Source: a virus (lineage: Duplodnaviria; Caudoviricetes). Taken from it: 64,000 nucleotides of DNA. This document shows, in pieces, positions 19,792-27,799 of this stretch (position 1 is the stretch's first letter; every line of letters starts with the position of its first letter). Both the position numbers and the translations under genes were made by a program. The notes beneath the pieces are model-generated. The model was not told where the DNA came from. It saw only the letters and a program-made list of their open reading frames with translations, and did no database searches. The DNA lies in IMG/VR virus record IMGVR_UViG_3300046733_000629. One strand, written 5' to 3'.

Positions 19792-19820
19792 ACTATACTA
19801 TATCTATTTCGCTTTGTCAA
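19792..19820 (-). promoter_or_regulatory. Sigma70 early promoter with the -35 flanked by an 8-bp inverted repeat
   Basis: TTGACA-17 nt-TATAGT; CTATTTCG (19804-19811) and CGAAATAG (19822-19829). Confidence 0.8.
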
Positions 19821-19833
19821 CCGAAATAGTACA

Positions 19834-20025
19834 TTATTGTGCAGGATGACCCAGGAATAATTCGCTCCAAACCATATCAAGTGTTTCGAATATAGCGTCT
19901 TGATTGTGTACAAGCACATCCAAATTTTGATTGATACAGTATAACAAACTAACCATAGCTACCATCCACGATACCAGTGCGATCACCAATACAGTATAAG
20001 CAGTATTTGTTATGATATTATTCAT
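19834..20025 (-). CDS. Small membrane protein
   Basis: GGAG SD before ATG 20025; one long hydrophobic helix. Confidence 0.6.
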   Translation of the reverse strand: MNNIITNTAYTVLVIALVSWMVAMVSLLYCINQNLDVLVHNQDAIFETLDMVWSELFLGHPAQ

Positions 20026-20049
20026 CTTTTTCTCCAAATCGTCGGCCCT

Positions 20050-20112
20050 TTAGTTGACTATCCACCATAGAATAATCCATGCAATAAAGAACCAAATGAT
20101 CTTCTTTAACAT
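20050..20112 (-). CDS. Possible 20-aa leaderless hydrophobic peptide (MLKKIIWFFIAWIILWWIVN)
   Basis: ATG lies 7 nt downstream of the -10 of the 20119-20147 promoter. Confidence 0.35.
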   Translation of the reverse strand: MLKKIIWFFIAWIILWWIVN

Positions 20113-20118
20113 ATGTAT

Positions 20119-20147
20119 AATATAACACTATTCCACCCCTTTGTCAA
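20119..20147 (-). promoter_or_regulatory. Sigma70 early promoter preceded by CAAGATATTTCGG
   Basis: TTGACA-17 nt-TATATT. Confidence 0.75.
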
Positions 20148-20319
20148 CCGAAATATCTTGGTATTTGAATAACAAATGTTCAGGTATATCTAACCCATTA
20201 TACTGATAATAATAACGTAACACAGTATTACGGTTATGTGATATAATCAATACATTACCATCCTTGTATAGCGTATAGTAGTTACCACAATCTCTTATAG
20301 TATAGTGTGTATTATCCAT
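20128..20319 (-). CDS. Hypothetical Tyr-rich small protein
   Basis: TAAATA 5 nt before ATG 20319. Confidence 0.5.
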   Translation of the reverse strand: MDNTHYTIRDCGNYYTLYKDGNVLIISHNRNTVLRYYYQYNGLDIPEHLLFKYQDISVDKGVE

Positions 20320-20654
20320 ACTACTATTTAACAAAATACCGTGTATATAGGCTGTTTTAGACGTAGTAGGGAATAGGTATTCCCTTATAGTATACTTACA
20401 CTAAGAAGTTCATGAAACACCTTAGAAAACCACTGTAAGTCACTGATACTGTTGACTTATTTGAGCCATAACCATGCCTTTAGAACCGTATGACGCGATA
20501 TATGGGTGATTTCACCACCATTATCTTTTAATCGAGCCCTTCAATCACCACGGTTTTAGAAAAATTTACCACTATTCTGCACTATGCTAAAGGGAACCGG
20601 TATTCCCCCGAATCTGCGTATACGCAAGCTACTACGGTGTCGGCCGGCTACTAT

Positions 20655-20697
20655 GCTAGTACTACTAGGGTTATTGTTACACACGCTAGTACTACTA
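20655..20697 (+). repeat. 13-bp direct repeat GCTAGTACTACTA, two copies 30 nt apart, within a CTA/TAC-rich tract
   Basis: Copies at 20655-20667 and 20685-20697; partial ACGCTA(G/T) copies continue to about 20760 and at about 21000. Confidence 0.75.
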
Positions 20698-21018
20698 TAC
20701 GCTATACTACTATATGCATCTATACTACACGCTAGTTCAAGTTCACTACTGTATACGCTAATAATATAGGTTGACAGATCACTCAAGTATAGTAGTATGT
20801 ACGACTGGGCTGTAATAAAGGTTATAGTATCTATATCCGTAACAGTAGTAATGCGTAAGCAACACATGCCTAGATATATTTTATAAAGCGAGTAGAGGTA
20901 GGCTCGCACAACATAGGTACTGGTCTATGTACACTTTATTATCAGTATGTAACAACGCTCTGGGCTTACACGGAACGTTATTGAGGAAAGTTACTCCACA
21001 CGCTAGCAACAGAGGTTG

Positions 21019-21078
21019 TAAAAAAATTTGTTGCAGAGCTCCGCTAGGTATCTTGTTAGAGTAATAAACTAGCAAAAA
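21019..21078 (+). repeat. Right copy of the ~60-bp imperfect inverted element
   Basis: TAAAAAAATTTGTT-GCAGAGCTCCGCT-23 nt-CTAGCAAAAA. Confidence 0.7.
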
Positions 21079-21140
21079 TCACCTGTGAAAACAGTTAAGT
21101 TGTGGTTAATTAGTCTGGGTTTTATTGGGTTATTTAGAGG

Positions 21141-21169
21141 TTGACAAGCAAGACGTCTTATCGTATACT
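21141..21169 (+). promoter_or_regulatory. Consensus sigma70 early promoter with a perfect palindrome in the spacer
   Basis: TTGACA-AGCAAGACGTCTTATCG (17 nt)-TATACT; AGGAG SD downstream. Confidence 0.85.
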
Positions 21170-21203
21170 GTAAGTATAGTTAATAACAAATAGGAGATAC
21201 AAC

Positions 21204-21530
21204 ATGGATAAATTTATTAAAGAAGATTTCAATTACGATGGTATGTACTTAACCTATGGAACTGATAGAAAGTTTGTAGCTAGATTCAAATACATCAAGT
21301 TTTGTGCTAGTTTTAAGAGCTTTTTAATTAAAAACTTTACACAGAGTGAATACTTTTCAGCTTATGATTCAGGTACTAGTCCATTGGATATACTAGAAAG
21401 CAAGGGGTTTATGACTCCACAAGCCAAGAAGTTGTGTAAACAAAATGGTATGACAGCTACACAAGAAAACTATAAGATATGTTTACATGCACAGTTTAAA
21501 GCATGGGAAACTAGTAGGGAGGCGGCGTAA
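21204..21530 (+). CDS. Hypothetical early protein
   Basis: First gene after the consensus promoter; strong SD. Confidence 0.75.
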   Translation: MDKFIKEDFNYDGMYLTYGTDRKFVARFKYIKFCASFKSFLIKNFTQSEYFSAYDSGTSPLDILESKGFMTPQAKKLCKQNGMTATQENYKICLHAQFKAWETSREAA

Positions 21531-21531
21531 C

Positions 21532-21738
21532 ATGGGAATGTACAGTTTAATCGAAGATAATGTTGAGAAGTTCTACAGCATTGCAGAAGAATCAGTGGGT
21601 GAATGCGAACACCTTAATCAGTTTATAGCTAAGATGAAACCACACACCAATCTGCTACAAGGAAGCGGAGATGAAGATCATTTTGAAGATCTTTGCTATG
21701 AGATGTGGAACGAAAAGTGGAGCAAATACAATGCTTGA
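21532..21738 (+). CDS. Small acidic early protein (68 aa)
   Basis: GGGAGG SD before ATG 21532, shorter than the track ORF. Confidence 0.65.
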   Translation: MGMYSLIEDNVEKFYSIAEESVGECEHLNQFIAKMKPHTNLLQGSGDEDHFEDLCYEMWNEKWSKYNA

Positions 21739-21829
21739 TTTTATTGCAGAGATAGCACTAAGAGCGGCCGTTGCAGTAGCGATTCTATTTGCAATAGGTT
21801 TCGTTATTAGTTTATTCAGTGGATTCTAA
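21731..21829 (+). CDS. 32-aa single-TM peptide, missed by the track
   Basis: MLDFIAEIALRAAVAVAILFAIGFVISLFSGF; exactly fills the gap between two genes. Confidence 0.5.
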   Translation: MLDFIAEIALRAAVAVAILFAIGFVISLFSGF

Positions 21830-21832
21830 ACA

Positions 21833-22612
21833 TTGGAATACCTAACCAGTTCATTTGAAGACTTTAAAACGTTTGTACAAGAACAGTTTGTTCCTGCATG
21901 CGAATCACGAGGTTTACAACCACTATTAAAGGAACTAGACACTAACAAGCTAGCGGCAGTTCGCAGTCAAAACGGCGTTAAAACAGAAGTAAAATTAATA
22001 CGAGGCAACCTAAGTCTTATTGCTGGCTACGGTAATAGTCCTGAAGAACGTGATGTAATGCGAGAAGAATTAGCCAAACATGGACGTGAATGTATGCCTG
22101 GACGAGCATTGTTGCAGATGCCTTACAGAGATTTAGATGACTATTTCCTATTCCTAGAACAGTTGGAAGAAATAGATGCAATAGCTAAAGCAACACGTGC
22201 TAGTCAATACTTTACAAGAAGCTATGATCCATTAATGATTGCTAATAGGTATTTCTATGCAGTCCAAAACAAAGATCAAGATTTAATTAACATGAGCAGA
22301 ACTCTGTTGAGTGCAGATGGATACGACAGTGACATTGCTATTAACAAACCCAGTGAAACTAGAACCTACAGAGAACACGTGGTTCCTTGTATTAAGATAC
22401 ACACTGAGATTATGCGACGAGTTATGCTAACAGAAACCACACCCGAAGCTATAGCACAGTTTATCAAAGATAACCTAAAGATTGCTTATATAAGTGTAGC
22501 AGATAGACAACGCATTGACTTTGAATATAAATGGTTAACAGACATGCCCAAGGATTGGAATTGGGGTGACAACATAACCGCTAGACTAGACGAAACCAAT
22601 ACCAAATACTAG
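21833..22612 (+). CDS. Hypothetical protein with a REHVVP motif (possible degenerate HNH/His-Me nuclease fold)
   Basis: 259 aa, TTG start; YREHVVPC motif. Confidence 0.5.
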   Translation: MEYLTSSFEDFKTFVQEQFVPACESRGLQPLLKELDTNKLAAVRSQNGVKTEVKLIRGNLSLIAGYGNSPEERDVMREELAKHGRECMPGRALLQMPYRDLDDYFLFLEQLEEIDAIAKATRASQYFTRSYDPLMIANRYFYAVQNKDQDLINMSRTLLSADGYDSDIAINKPSETRTYREHVVPCIKIHTEIMRRVMLTETTPEAIAQFIKDNLKIAYISVADRQRIDFEYKWLTDMPKDWNWGDNITARLDETNTKY

Positions 22613-22627
22613 AAAGATCCAAACTAC

Positions 22628-22858
22628 ATGTATACAGTTGAATTTGAACATGATGAAGTCACAGTGACTATCTTAGATGATAATGGTGATTGTCCAGACT
22701 TGATTATAAATGCATTTGATGATGTTGTTTATATACGACAGTTTGAAGATGATAACCCAATGCCACAAGCAATTGCAGTTACACCTGCTATGTTTGAAGA
22801 TCTAATTAATTCACTAAACAGTCCAGAAGGTGCTTTTCGTACTATAACTAAGTCTTAA
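22628..22858 (+). CDS. Small acidic hypothetical protein
   Basis: 76-aa ORF in operon orientation. Confidence 0.65.
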   Translation: MYTVEFEHDEVTVTILDDNGDCPDLIINAFDDVVYIRQFEDDNPMPQAIAVTPAMFEDLINSLNSPEGAFRTITKS

Positions 22859-23189
22859 TAGGATGTAGGTTTTTGCTGGTAGGTTTACCACACATGCTTT
22901 TGCATATGCTAGGACAGCTGGTTGAACGACTTTGTAATTGACTCTTTAGGGTTTGCATTGTATCAGTTTTCATAACTCCTTCAATGCCTTTGGGATAGAA
23001 TACTAGATCCTTAGTGTCTAAATCGTTCGCACTCATCCAAACCAAAAACTCATCCCAATCTCTGGTATTGTTTACATAACAACAGGGTCTAAGATATCCA
23101 TCAGGACTAAGGAATACACTGTGACTGTCTTTGTGTTCTTCGTCCAAACATCTAGGATATATGTTTATTGGTTCGTCATTCGTTCCCAT
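22848..23189 (-). CDS. Stand-alone SPASM/Twitch-like Fe-S domain protein
   Basis: PRC...FLSPDGYLRPCCY...CPSICKSMCG; own GGAGG SD. Confidence 0.7.
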   Translation of the reverse strand: MGTNDEPINIYPRCLDEEHKDSHSVFLSPDGYLRPCCYVNNTRDWDEFLVWMSANDLDTKDLVFYPKGIEGVMKTDTMQTLKSQLQSRSTSCPSICKSMCGKPTSKNLHPIKT

Positions 23190-23830
23190 TTATCCCTCCA
23201 CATTTGTAATTGTTCTGGAAATAGGTATTGAGGCATATCATCTACATTATCAAATGAATATGGTTTCCATCTAGTACTACGTCTAACTTGGAACCTTTCA
23301 AATCCTATTTCTTTTGCTAGTTGTCTAGCAGTTTCTGTTTGATGCTGATTGTATGGAAATTCAATCCATTTCCACAGTGTTGTAGGTTTATGTTTCATAC
23401 TCAACACCTGACTCATAGCATATTCAATATCACTCCATTTGCTACGTTTACGATATATATGGTTTGTATCTTCTAATCCATCTACACTAAACGTAAACAG
23501 AACTTTATCGTTTAATTCTAATTCGTGTATCTTATCCCATAACTCTGGTTTAGTATTGCTGGCATTGGTTTCTATTGTAAAACGTTTGCCTTGTTCCACA
23601 AACAATTGCATTATTTCTACAATCTTTGGGTGGTATATGGGATCTCCATAACAACCTACAAATTGATATTGCCAGAAGTCTGTTTCATAAGCTAACCAAC
23701 GCACATAATCGTAATCCATATGTCCGGTATTCCATTGTGGCTTTAGATGCTTTTGATAGTTACGTGGACAACCAGGACAACCCAATGTACAGATAGTTGT
23801 TAATTCAATTTCTAAGTTATTATAATTCAT
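23165..23830 (-). CDS. Radical SAM protein lacking its SPASM domain
   Basis: IELTTICTLGCPGCPR, GCYGDPIYHP, FSVDGL; ATG 23830 lies 7 nt after ATAAATA. Confidence 0.85.
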   Translation of the reverse strand: MNYNNLEIELTTICTLGCPGCPRNYQKHLKPQWNTGHMDYDYVRWLAYETDFWQYQFVGCYGDPIYHPKIVEIMQLFVEQGKRFTIETNASNTKPELWDKIHELELNDKVLFTFSVDGLEDTNHIYRKRSKWSDIEYAMSQVLSMKHKPTTLWKWIEFPYNQHQTETARQLAKEIGFERFQVRRSTRWKPYSFDNVDDMPQYLFPEQLQMWRDKWERMTNQ

Positions 23831-23837
23831 TATGTAG

Positions 23838-23883
23838 TATTTATCATACAAAACATTAACATATGCTTTAATTCTGATAAATA
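23838..23883. promoter_or_regulatory. Back-to-back late promoters
   Basis: ATAAATA on minus (23838-23844) and on plus (23877-23883), between divergent genes. Confidence 0.6.
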
Positions 23884-23913
23884 CAGTTGTAATTAACACA
23901 ATTAGAGAAATCA

Positions 23914-25413
23914 ATGAAAACAATATGGGGAATCAATACTGGCACACACGATGCTAGTATAACAGTGTTCGAACAAAGTAGAACAGGTAGTCTTAACATA
24001 GAATTTGCCGCACACGCTGAACGTAGCAGTAGAATTAAGAATGATAAACATCTTAATCCAACAGTTATCGGGCAAGCACTAGAGTATGGCGAACCAGATG
24101 AAATTTATCACTATGAACATGGATTACTAAAACGTGCAAGACAAGTATGGGCTGGGCAATACGATATAGCATTTAATAGACCAAGTATATCTACACAGTT
24201 ACAAAAAGTATATCCAGGATTAAACAAACGAATCAAACACAGTAAACATCATCATTCACATGCGGCCGCAGGCTATTACACTTCGCCGTTCTCAGATGCT
24301 AATGTTTTAGTATTAGATAGTATTGGTGAGTTTGAAACAGTAAGTATCTGGCAAGGTAACGGTCAATCATTGGATAAGACTTGGAGTCAGGGTTATCCAC
24401 ACAGTATTGGTTTGTGGTACAGTGCAATGACTCAACGTATAGGACTTAAACCAAACGAAGATGAATACATATTAATGGGTTGGGCAGCAATTGGTGACCC
24501 AGATAGATTCAAAGAAAAAATATGGCACGACTTCTTCCATCCTATTAAACATTCAGAACCAGCAGTAAGACTAAGACATAATTTACACAGAGGTTGCAGT
24601 TGGTGGGCACCAGAGCTTAACACTGTACAAGACTTTGCAGACATTGCGGCAGGAACTCAAGCAGTGTACGAAAGAATATTTAGACACTATTGCAATTACA
24701 TTAGAACACATACACCTAGTGAGAACCTAGTTGTTATGGGTGGGTGTGCTTTGAATTGTGTTGCTAACAGTATAGCCAAAGAATATTTCAGGGAAGTATG
24801 GATAATGCCTAACCCAGGTGACGCAGGCAGTAGTTTAGGAACTGTATTGGCCGCTAAGAATAAGTTTGTACATTTTAATAATCCTTATTTGGGATACAAT
24901 ATATCTGGAGCATATCCAGTTCAAAGTGCATTAAAAGAATTACATTCAAAAAGAGTTGTAGGTGTTGCTAACGGTCGTGCAGAGTTTGGCCCTAGAGCTT
25001 TAGGTAATAGAAGTTTATTTGCTGACCCACGTGGAAACGATATCAAGCACTTGGTTAATCAAACAAAACGTAGACAAGAATTTAGACCATTTGCTCCTGT
25101 GATACTAGAAGAATATGCAAGCGAATACTTTAATGGACCAGTTGGACCATTTATGCAGTTCACTAGTGTATGTTTGAATCCAAAAGGATTTCCTGCTATT
25201 GCTCATTATGATAATACAAGCAGAGTTCAAACAGTAAACAAATATCAACATCCTAAGTTGCATGAACTATTAACACTTTGGCACGAAGATACTAATTGTC
25301 CAATGTTATTAAATACTAGTTTAAACATCAAAGGTGAACCAATGGTAGATACAGAAGAAGATGCACAAAGGTGGCACAAGCAATATGGAGTGAAAGTCTT
25401 TACACATGACTAA
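23914..25413 (+). CDS. O-carbamoyltransferase (NodU/CmcH family)
   Basis: HDAS, AERSSRIKND, HHHSHAA, GRAEFGPRALGNRS, RQEFRPFAP, LLNTSLN. Confidence 0.92.
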   Translation: MKTIWGINTGTHDASITVFEQSRTGSLNIEFAAHAERSSRIKNDKHLNPTVIGQALEYGEPDEIYHYEHGLLKRARQVWAGQYDIAFNRPSISTQLQKVYPGLNKRIKHSKHHHSHAAAGYYTSPFSDANVLVLDSIGEFETVSIWQGNGQSLDKTWSQGYPHSIGLWYSAMTQRIGLKPNEDEYILMGWAAIGDPDRFKEKIWHDFFHPIKHSEPAVRLRHNLHRGCSWWAPELNTVQDFADIAAGTQAVYERIFRHYCNYIRTHTPSENLVVMGGCALNCVANSIAKEYFREVWIMPNPGDAGSSLGTVLAAKNKFVHFNNPYLGYNISGAYPVQSALKELHSKRVVGVANGRAEFGPRALGNRSLFADPRGNDIKHLVNQTKRRQEFRPFAPVILEEYASEYFNGPVGPFMQFTSVCLNPKGFPAIAHYDNTSRVQTVNKYQHPKLHELLTLWHEDTNCPMLLNTSLNIKGEPMVDTEEDAQRWHKQYGVKVFTHD

Positions 25414-26248
25414 TAGATTTGATTCAGCAGGTTACACAGAAAAAGCAATGTCTGATAATTGTATTGCAGTAAAAAGAGATGTAGAAAGAGGACAACATCC
25501 ATTTCTAGTTGATGCACTCTCATCTGTAGATAATTTAACAAAGTCAAGACAACAACAATTAAGTTTATGTGAGCTTGGAATAGGTGGTGGCGGTGCTCAT
25601 GCATTGTTGTATCAATTTACCCAAGACACACATGTACTAGGTGTAGACTTGTTTCATAAAGATCATTTAGAACATTATAAGACTACAAGCAAAAGAGACT
25701 ATTTTTTAAAAAACCATAAACGATTGTCAGCTGATCAAGACTGTTCATTAAGATGTTGCTCCGAAGTTAAAAGACAAAAAGATCTAAAACCAAATAGAAA
25801 AGAATCATTGTTTCATGGAATGGATGCATATCAAATATCAACAGCAAAACATTTAGTAAAAGTAAATGGTGCTAAGTTAGATTATGTAAATGATGATGCA
25901 GCACCTTACTTGGGAGCATTAAATGGATTAATGGATGCTTATAAAGATTCAATAAGCGATCAAGGAATATTAATATCCACTGGACCATTTGGTAATGGAA
26001 CACCAGACTCATATGCTCGTTGGGAAAGTGGACAATACTTAGAAGACTGTCAAGAGCTTGCTAAACAGGGCTTTGTGATATTTGATATGACTGAATATAG
26101 ACATCATCGTAAAGCAGATGCTCAGCCAACAGGTTACATACTATCAATTGTTGCGGCATGGACTCCAAACTTTAATAACTATAATGATTTATTTGTTAAA
26201 TACGAACATAACATAACACACGGTAAGGATAATTGGAAAAATGATTAA
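25406..26248 (+). CDS. Probable class I SAM-dependent methyltransferase-like protein
   Basis: LCELGIGGGG glycine-rich loop followed by LGVDL. Confidence 0.5.
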   Translation: MTNRFDSAGYTEKAMSDNCIAVKRDVERGQHPFLVDALSSVDNLTKSRQQQLSLCELGIGGGGAHALLYQFTQDTHVLGVDLFHKDHLEHYKTTSKRDYFLKNHKRLSADQDCSLRCCSEVKRQKDLKPNRKESLFHGMDAYQISTAKHLVKVNGAKLDYVNDDAAPYLGALNGLMDAYKDSISDQGILISTGPFGNGTPDSYARWESGQYLEDCQELAKQGFVIFDMTEYRHHRKADAQPTGYILSIVAAWTPNFNNYNDLFVKYEHNITHGKDNWKND

Positions 26249-26345
26249 CTGGATAAGAACTAAAATAGCAGAGTGGAAATACAAACGTATGATGAAAAAG
26301 AAGCTGAAAGACATGGCTGATAAAGATCCATTCATATACGATTAA
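26241..26345 (+). CDS. 34-aa basic peptide, missed by the track
   Basis: MINWIRTKIAEWKYKRMMKKKLKDMADKDPFIYD; overlaps the upstream stop. Confidence 0.55.
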   Translation: MINWIRTKIAEWKYKRMMKKKLKDMADKDPFIYD

Positions 26346-26357
26346 AGGAAAATAACA

Positions 26358-26573
26358 ATGATAAGTTTATGCGTTTCACTATGCAGTAACATAGACGGCC
26401 AATGTACAGGTTGTGGCAGAACTATGAAAGAGAAGAAAGAATGGAAGCTCGCTGATGGTGACGAAGTAATACATAAACGTATTGCTGAATCTGCTAGTGC
26501 AAGGCTAACAGAACAACAATTAAAAACCTGGAACAAACTATATAACAAAAAAGTGGAGAGAATAAATGAGTAA
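26358..26573 (+). CDS. DUF1289-like Cys-rich protein
   Basis: CVSLC...CTGCGRT..E...W; AAGGA SD. Confidence 0.7.
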   Translation: MISLCVSLCSNIDGQCTGCGRTMKEKKEWKLADGDEVIHKRIAESASARLTEQQLKTWNKLYNKKVERINE

Positions 26574-26676
26574 GTTTATTAAGTCATGGACTGCCTTTAC
26601 TAAAGATAGTAAAGTAGGAAATGCTATTATGAAAAATATAGAGGAAAAATCTCAAAAGGAGAAAGACAATGATTAA
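26566..26676 (+). CDS. 36-aa hypothetical peptide
   Basis: GGAG SD; overlaps both neighbours. Confidence 0.4.
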   Translation: MSKFIKSWTAFTKDSKVGNAIMKNIEEKSQKEKDND

Positions 26677-26866
26677 AAACTTAAAAGATTTAATAATTGT
26701 AGCATTGGTAGTTGGAGTATTATCATTGCTAGGAGTTATTATTGTAGGCGACTACTATGTTGCATTACAAGAAAATAGACCAGTGGACGAGAGTGTTATT
26801 ACACTAATGAAGATGGCACTAACAGGATTAATTGGTATTATTGCTGGTTATATTGGTAGTAAGTAA
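26669..26866 (+). CDS. Two-TM small membrane protein (holin-like topology)
   Basis: Two hydrophobic helices; AAGGAG SD. Confidence 0.6.
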   Translation: MIKNLKDLIIVALVVGVLSLLGVIIVGDYYVALQENRPVDESVITLMKMALTGLIGIIAGYIGSK

Positions 26867-26886
26867 TAAAAAGCTACATGAATCGC

Positions 26887-26914
26887 TTGACATTTTATTA
26901 TAAAAGTGTATAAT
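26887..26914 (+). promoter_or_regulatory. Sigma70 promoter
   Basis: TTGACA-16 nt-TATAAT. Confidence 0.55.
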
Positions 26915-26936
26915 AAAGGTTAACAAAGGAAAAATA

Positions 26937-27071
26937 ATGGGATATTTTTTATTAGGAATACTTATTGGCTGGCTTGTGCCTAGACCGAAGATTATTGGTA
27001 AAGCAGAAGCGGCTATATGGAATCCAATCAAATCAAAGCTACCAAAGAGTGTTACTAAACACTTTGGCTAA
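26937..27071 (+). CDS. 44-aa membrane-anchored peptide, missed by the track
   Basis: MGYFLLGILIGWLVPRPKIIG...; AAGGA SD. Confidence 0.55.
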   Translation: MGYFLLGILIGWLVPRPKIIGKAEAAIWNPIKSKLPKSVTKHFG

Positions 27072-27085
27072 ACAAAAGGAATAAC

Positions 27086-27259
27086 ATGACACATCAAAAG
27101 ATAGTAGAAGCTTTCCAAGCATATACAGTAGAACATGAAGCATGGGAAGACAAGGGCGTTAAAGCGGCCGCGGCTAGAGCTAGAAAAGCACTAGGTGAGT
27201 TAGGTAAACTAACTAAAGAAAGACGTAAAGAAATACAAGAAAAAAAGAACGCAATGTAA
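27086..27259 (+). CDS. Histone H1-like Hc1-family nucleoid protein (57 aa), missed by the track
   Basis: EAW..KGVKAAAARARKALGELGKLTKERRKEIQ fits the Hc1 KGxKAAxxRARKA signature; AAGGA SD. Confidence 0.75.
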   Translation: MTHQKIVEAFQAYTVEHEAWEDKGVKAAAARARKALGELGKLTKERRKEIQEKKNAM

Positions 27260-27271
27260 CCACGGAGGGTT

Positions 27272-27466
27272 ATGGGAAGAAAGTTAACAATAGAACTAAC
27301 TGATGGTAAAGAATACAACGAAACCAAAGAAGGTTTAAGTTTAAAGAAAATACTAAAATCTGTTAGTTCAGCAGTACCAAAGGGTACTAAGGAAGTAAAA
27401 GTTCAGTACGTAAATAGAAAAGGTACTGAGATAGATAGATGGGTAAAGGTACCAACACAGTCTTAA
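27272..27466 (+). CDS. Small basic hypothetical protein
   Basis: GGAGG SD; 64 aa. Confidence 0.65.
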   Translation: MGRKLTIELTDGKEYNETKEGLSLKKILKSVSSAVPKGTKEVKVQYVNRKGTEIDRWVKVPTQS

Positions 27467-27609
27467 TAATAGCATTACTAATTATGCTTACAGGTTGTGG
27501 ACCTACATTGTTTAACGTAGGTGGGTTCGGAATTACCACAGGCGATATTGCTGGTAGTGTAGTTAAGAAAAAAGTATTATCAGCAAACAAGCCCAAAGAT
27601 GAAGAGTAA
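27439..27609 (+). CDS. 56-aa lipoprotein, missed by the track
   Basis: MGKGTNTVLIIALLIMLTGC: signal peptide II with LTGC lipobox. Confidence 0.6.
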   Translation: MGKGTNTVLIIALLIMLTGCGPTLFNVGGFGITTGDIAGSVVKKKVLSANKPKDEE

Positions 27610-27799
27610 GAAAAGAGTAATGCACAGAAAGTTATTAGATGGTACTGAAGTACCTGAGTTTGATATTCAAATTGAACTCAAAGTAAGCACAAAATGTCCA
27701 GGCAAATATAAGTTAGTTGATCTTGAAACTGGTCAAGAATATATTGGACAAGTTAGAACCAAGGAAGATCCTTATTATTGGAAGTTACTAAATGAATAA
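27599..27799 (+). CDS. Small hypothetical phage protein
   Basis: TKCPGKYKLVDLETGQEYIG motif; overlaps neighbours. Confidence 0.6.
   Translation: MKSKKRVMHRKLLDGTEVPEFDIQIELKVSTKCPGKYKLVDLETGQEYIGQVRTKEDPYYWKLLNE

Noticed and set aside
20640-20760. Short direct repeats as a mini-CRISPR array
   Set aside because: Only two 13-bp copies with a 17-nt gap, far below CRISPR repeat/spacer sizes; no cas genes.
20556-21075. Track ORFs 20556..20909, 20584..20769 and 20881..21075
   Set aside because: Their Leu/Tyr/Ser-rich text derives from CTA/TAC repeats; no SD; the region is better explained as cis-acting DNA.
17600-21200. tRNA or known riboswitch in the intergenic stretches
   Set aside because: No cloverleaf, T-loop GTTCRA in context, or CCA end was recognised by eye; a tRNAscan/Infernal run would be decisive.
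23165-23189. Radical SAM/SPASM junctions (here and 58459-58480) as pseudogenes or programmed frameshifts
   Set aside because: Each downstream ORF has its own well-spaced SD, and the same split occurs twice independently.
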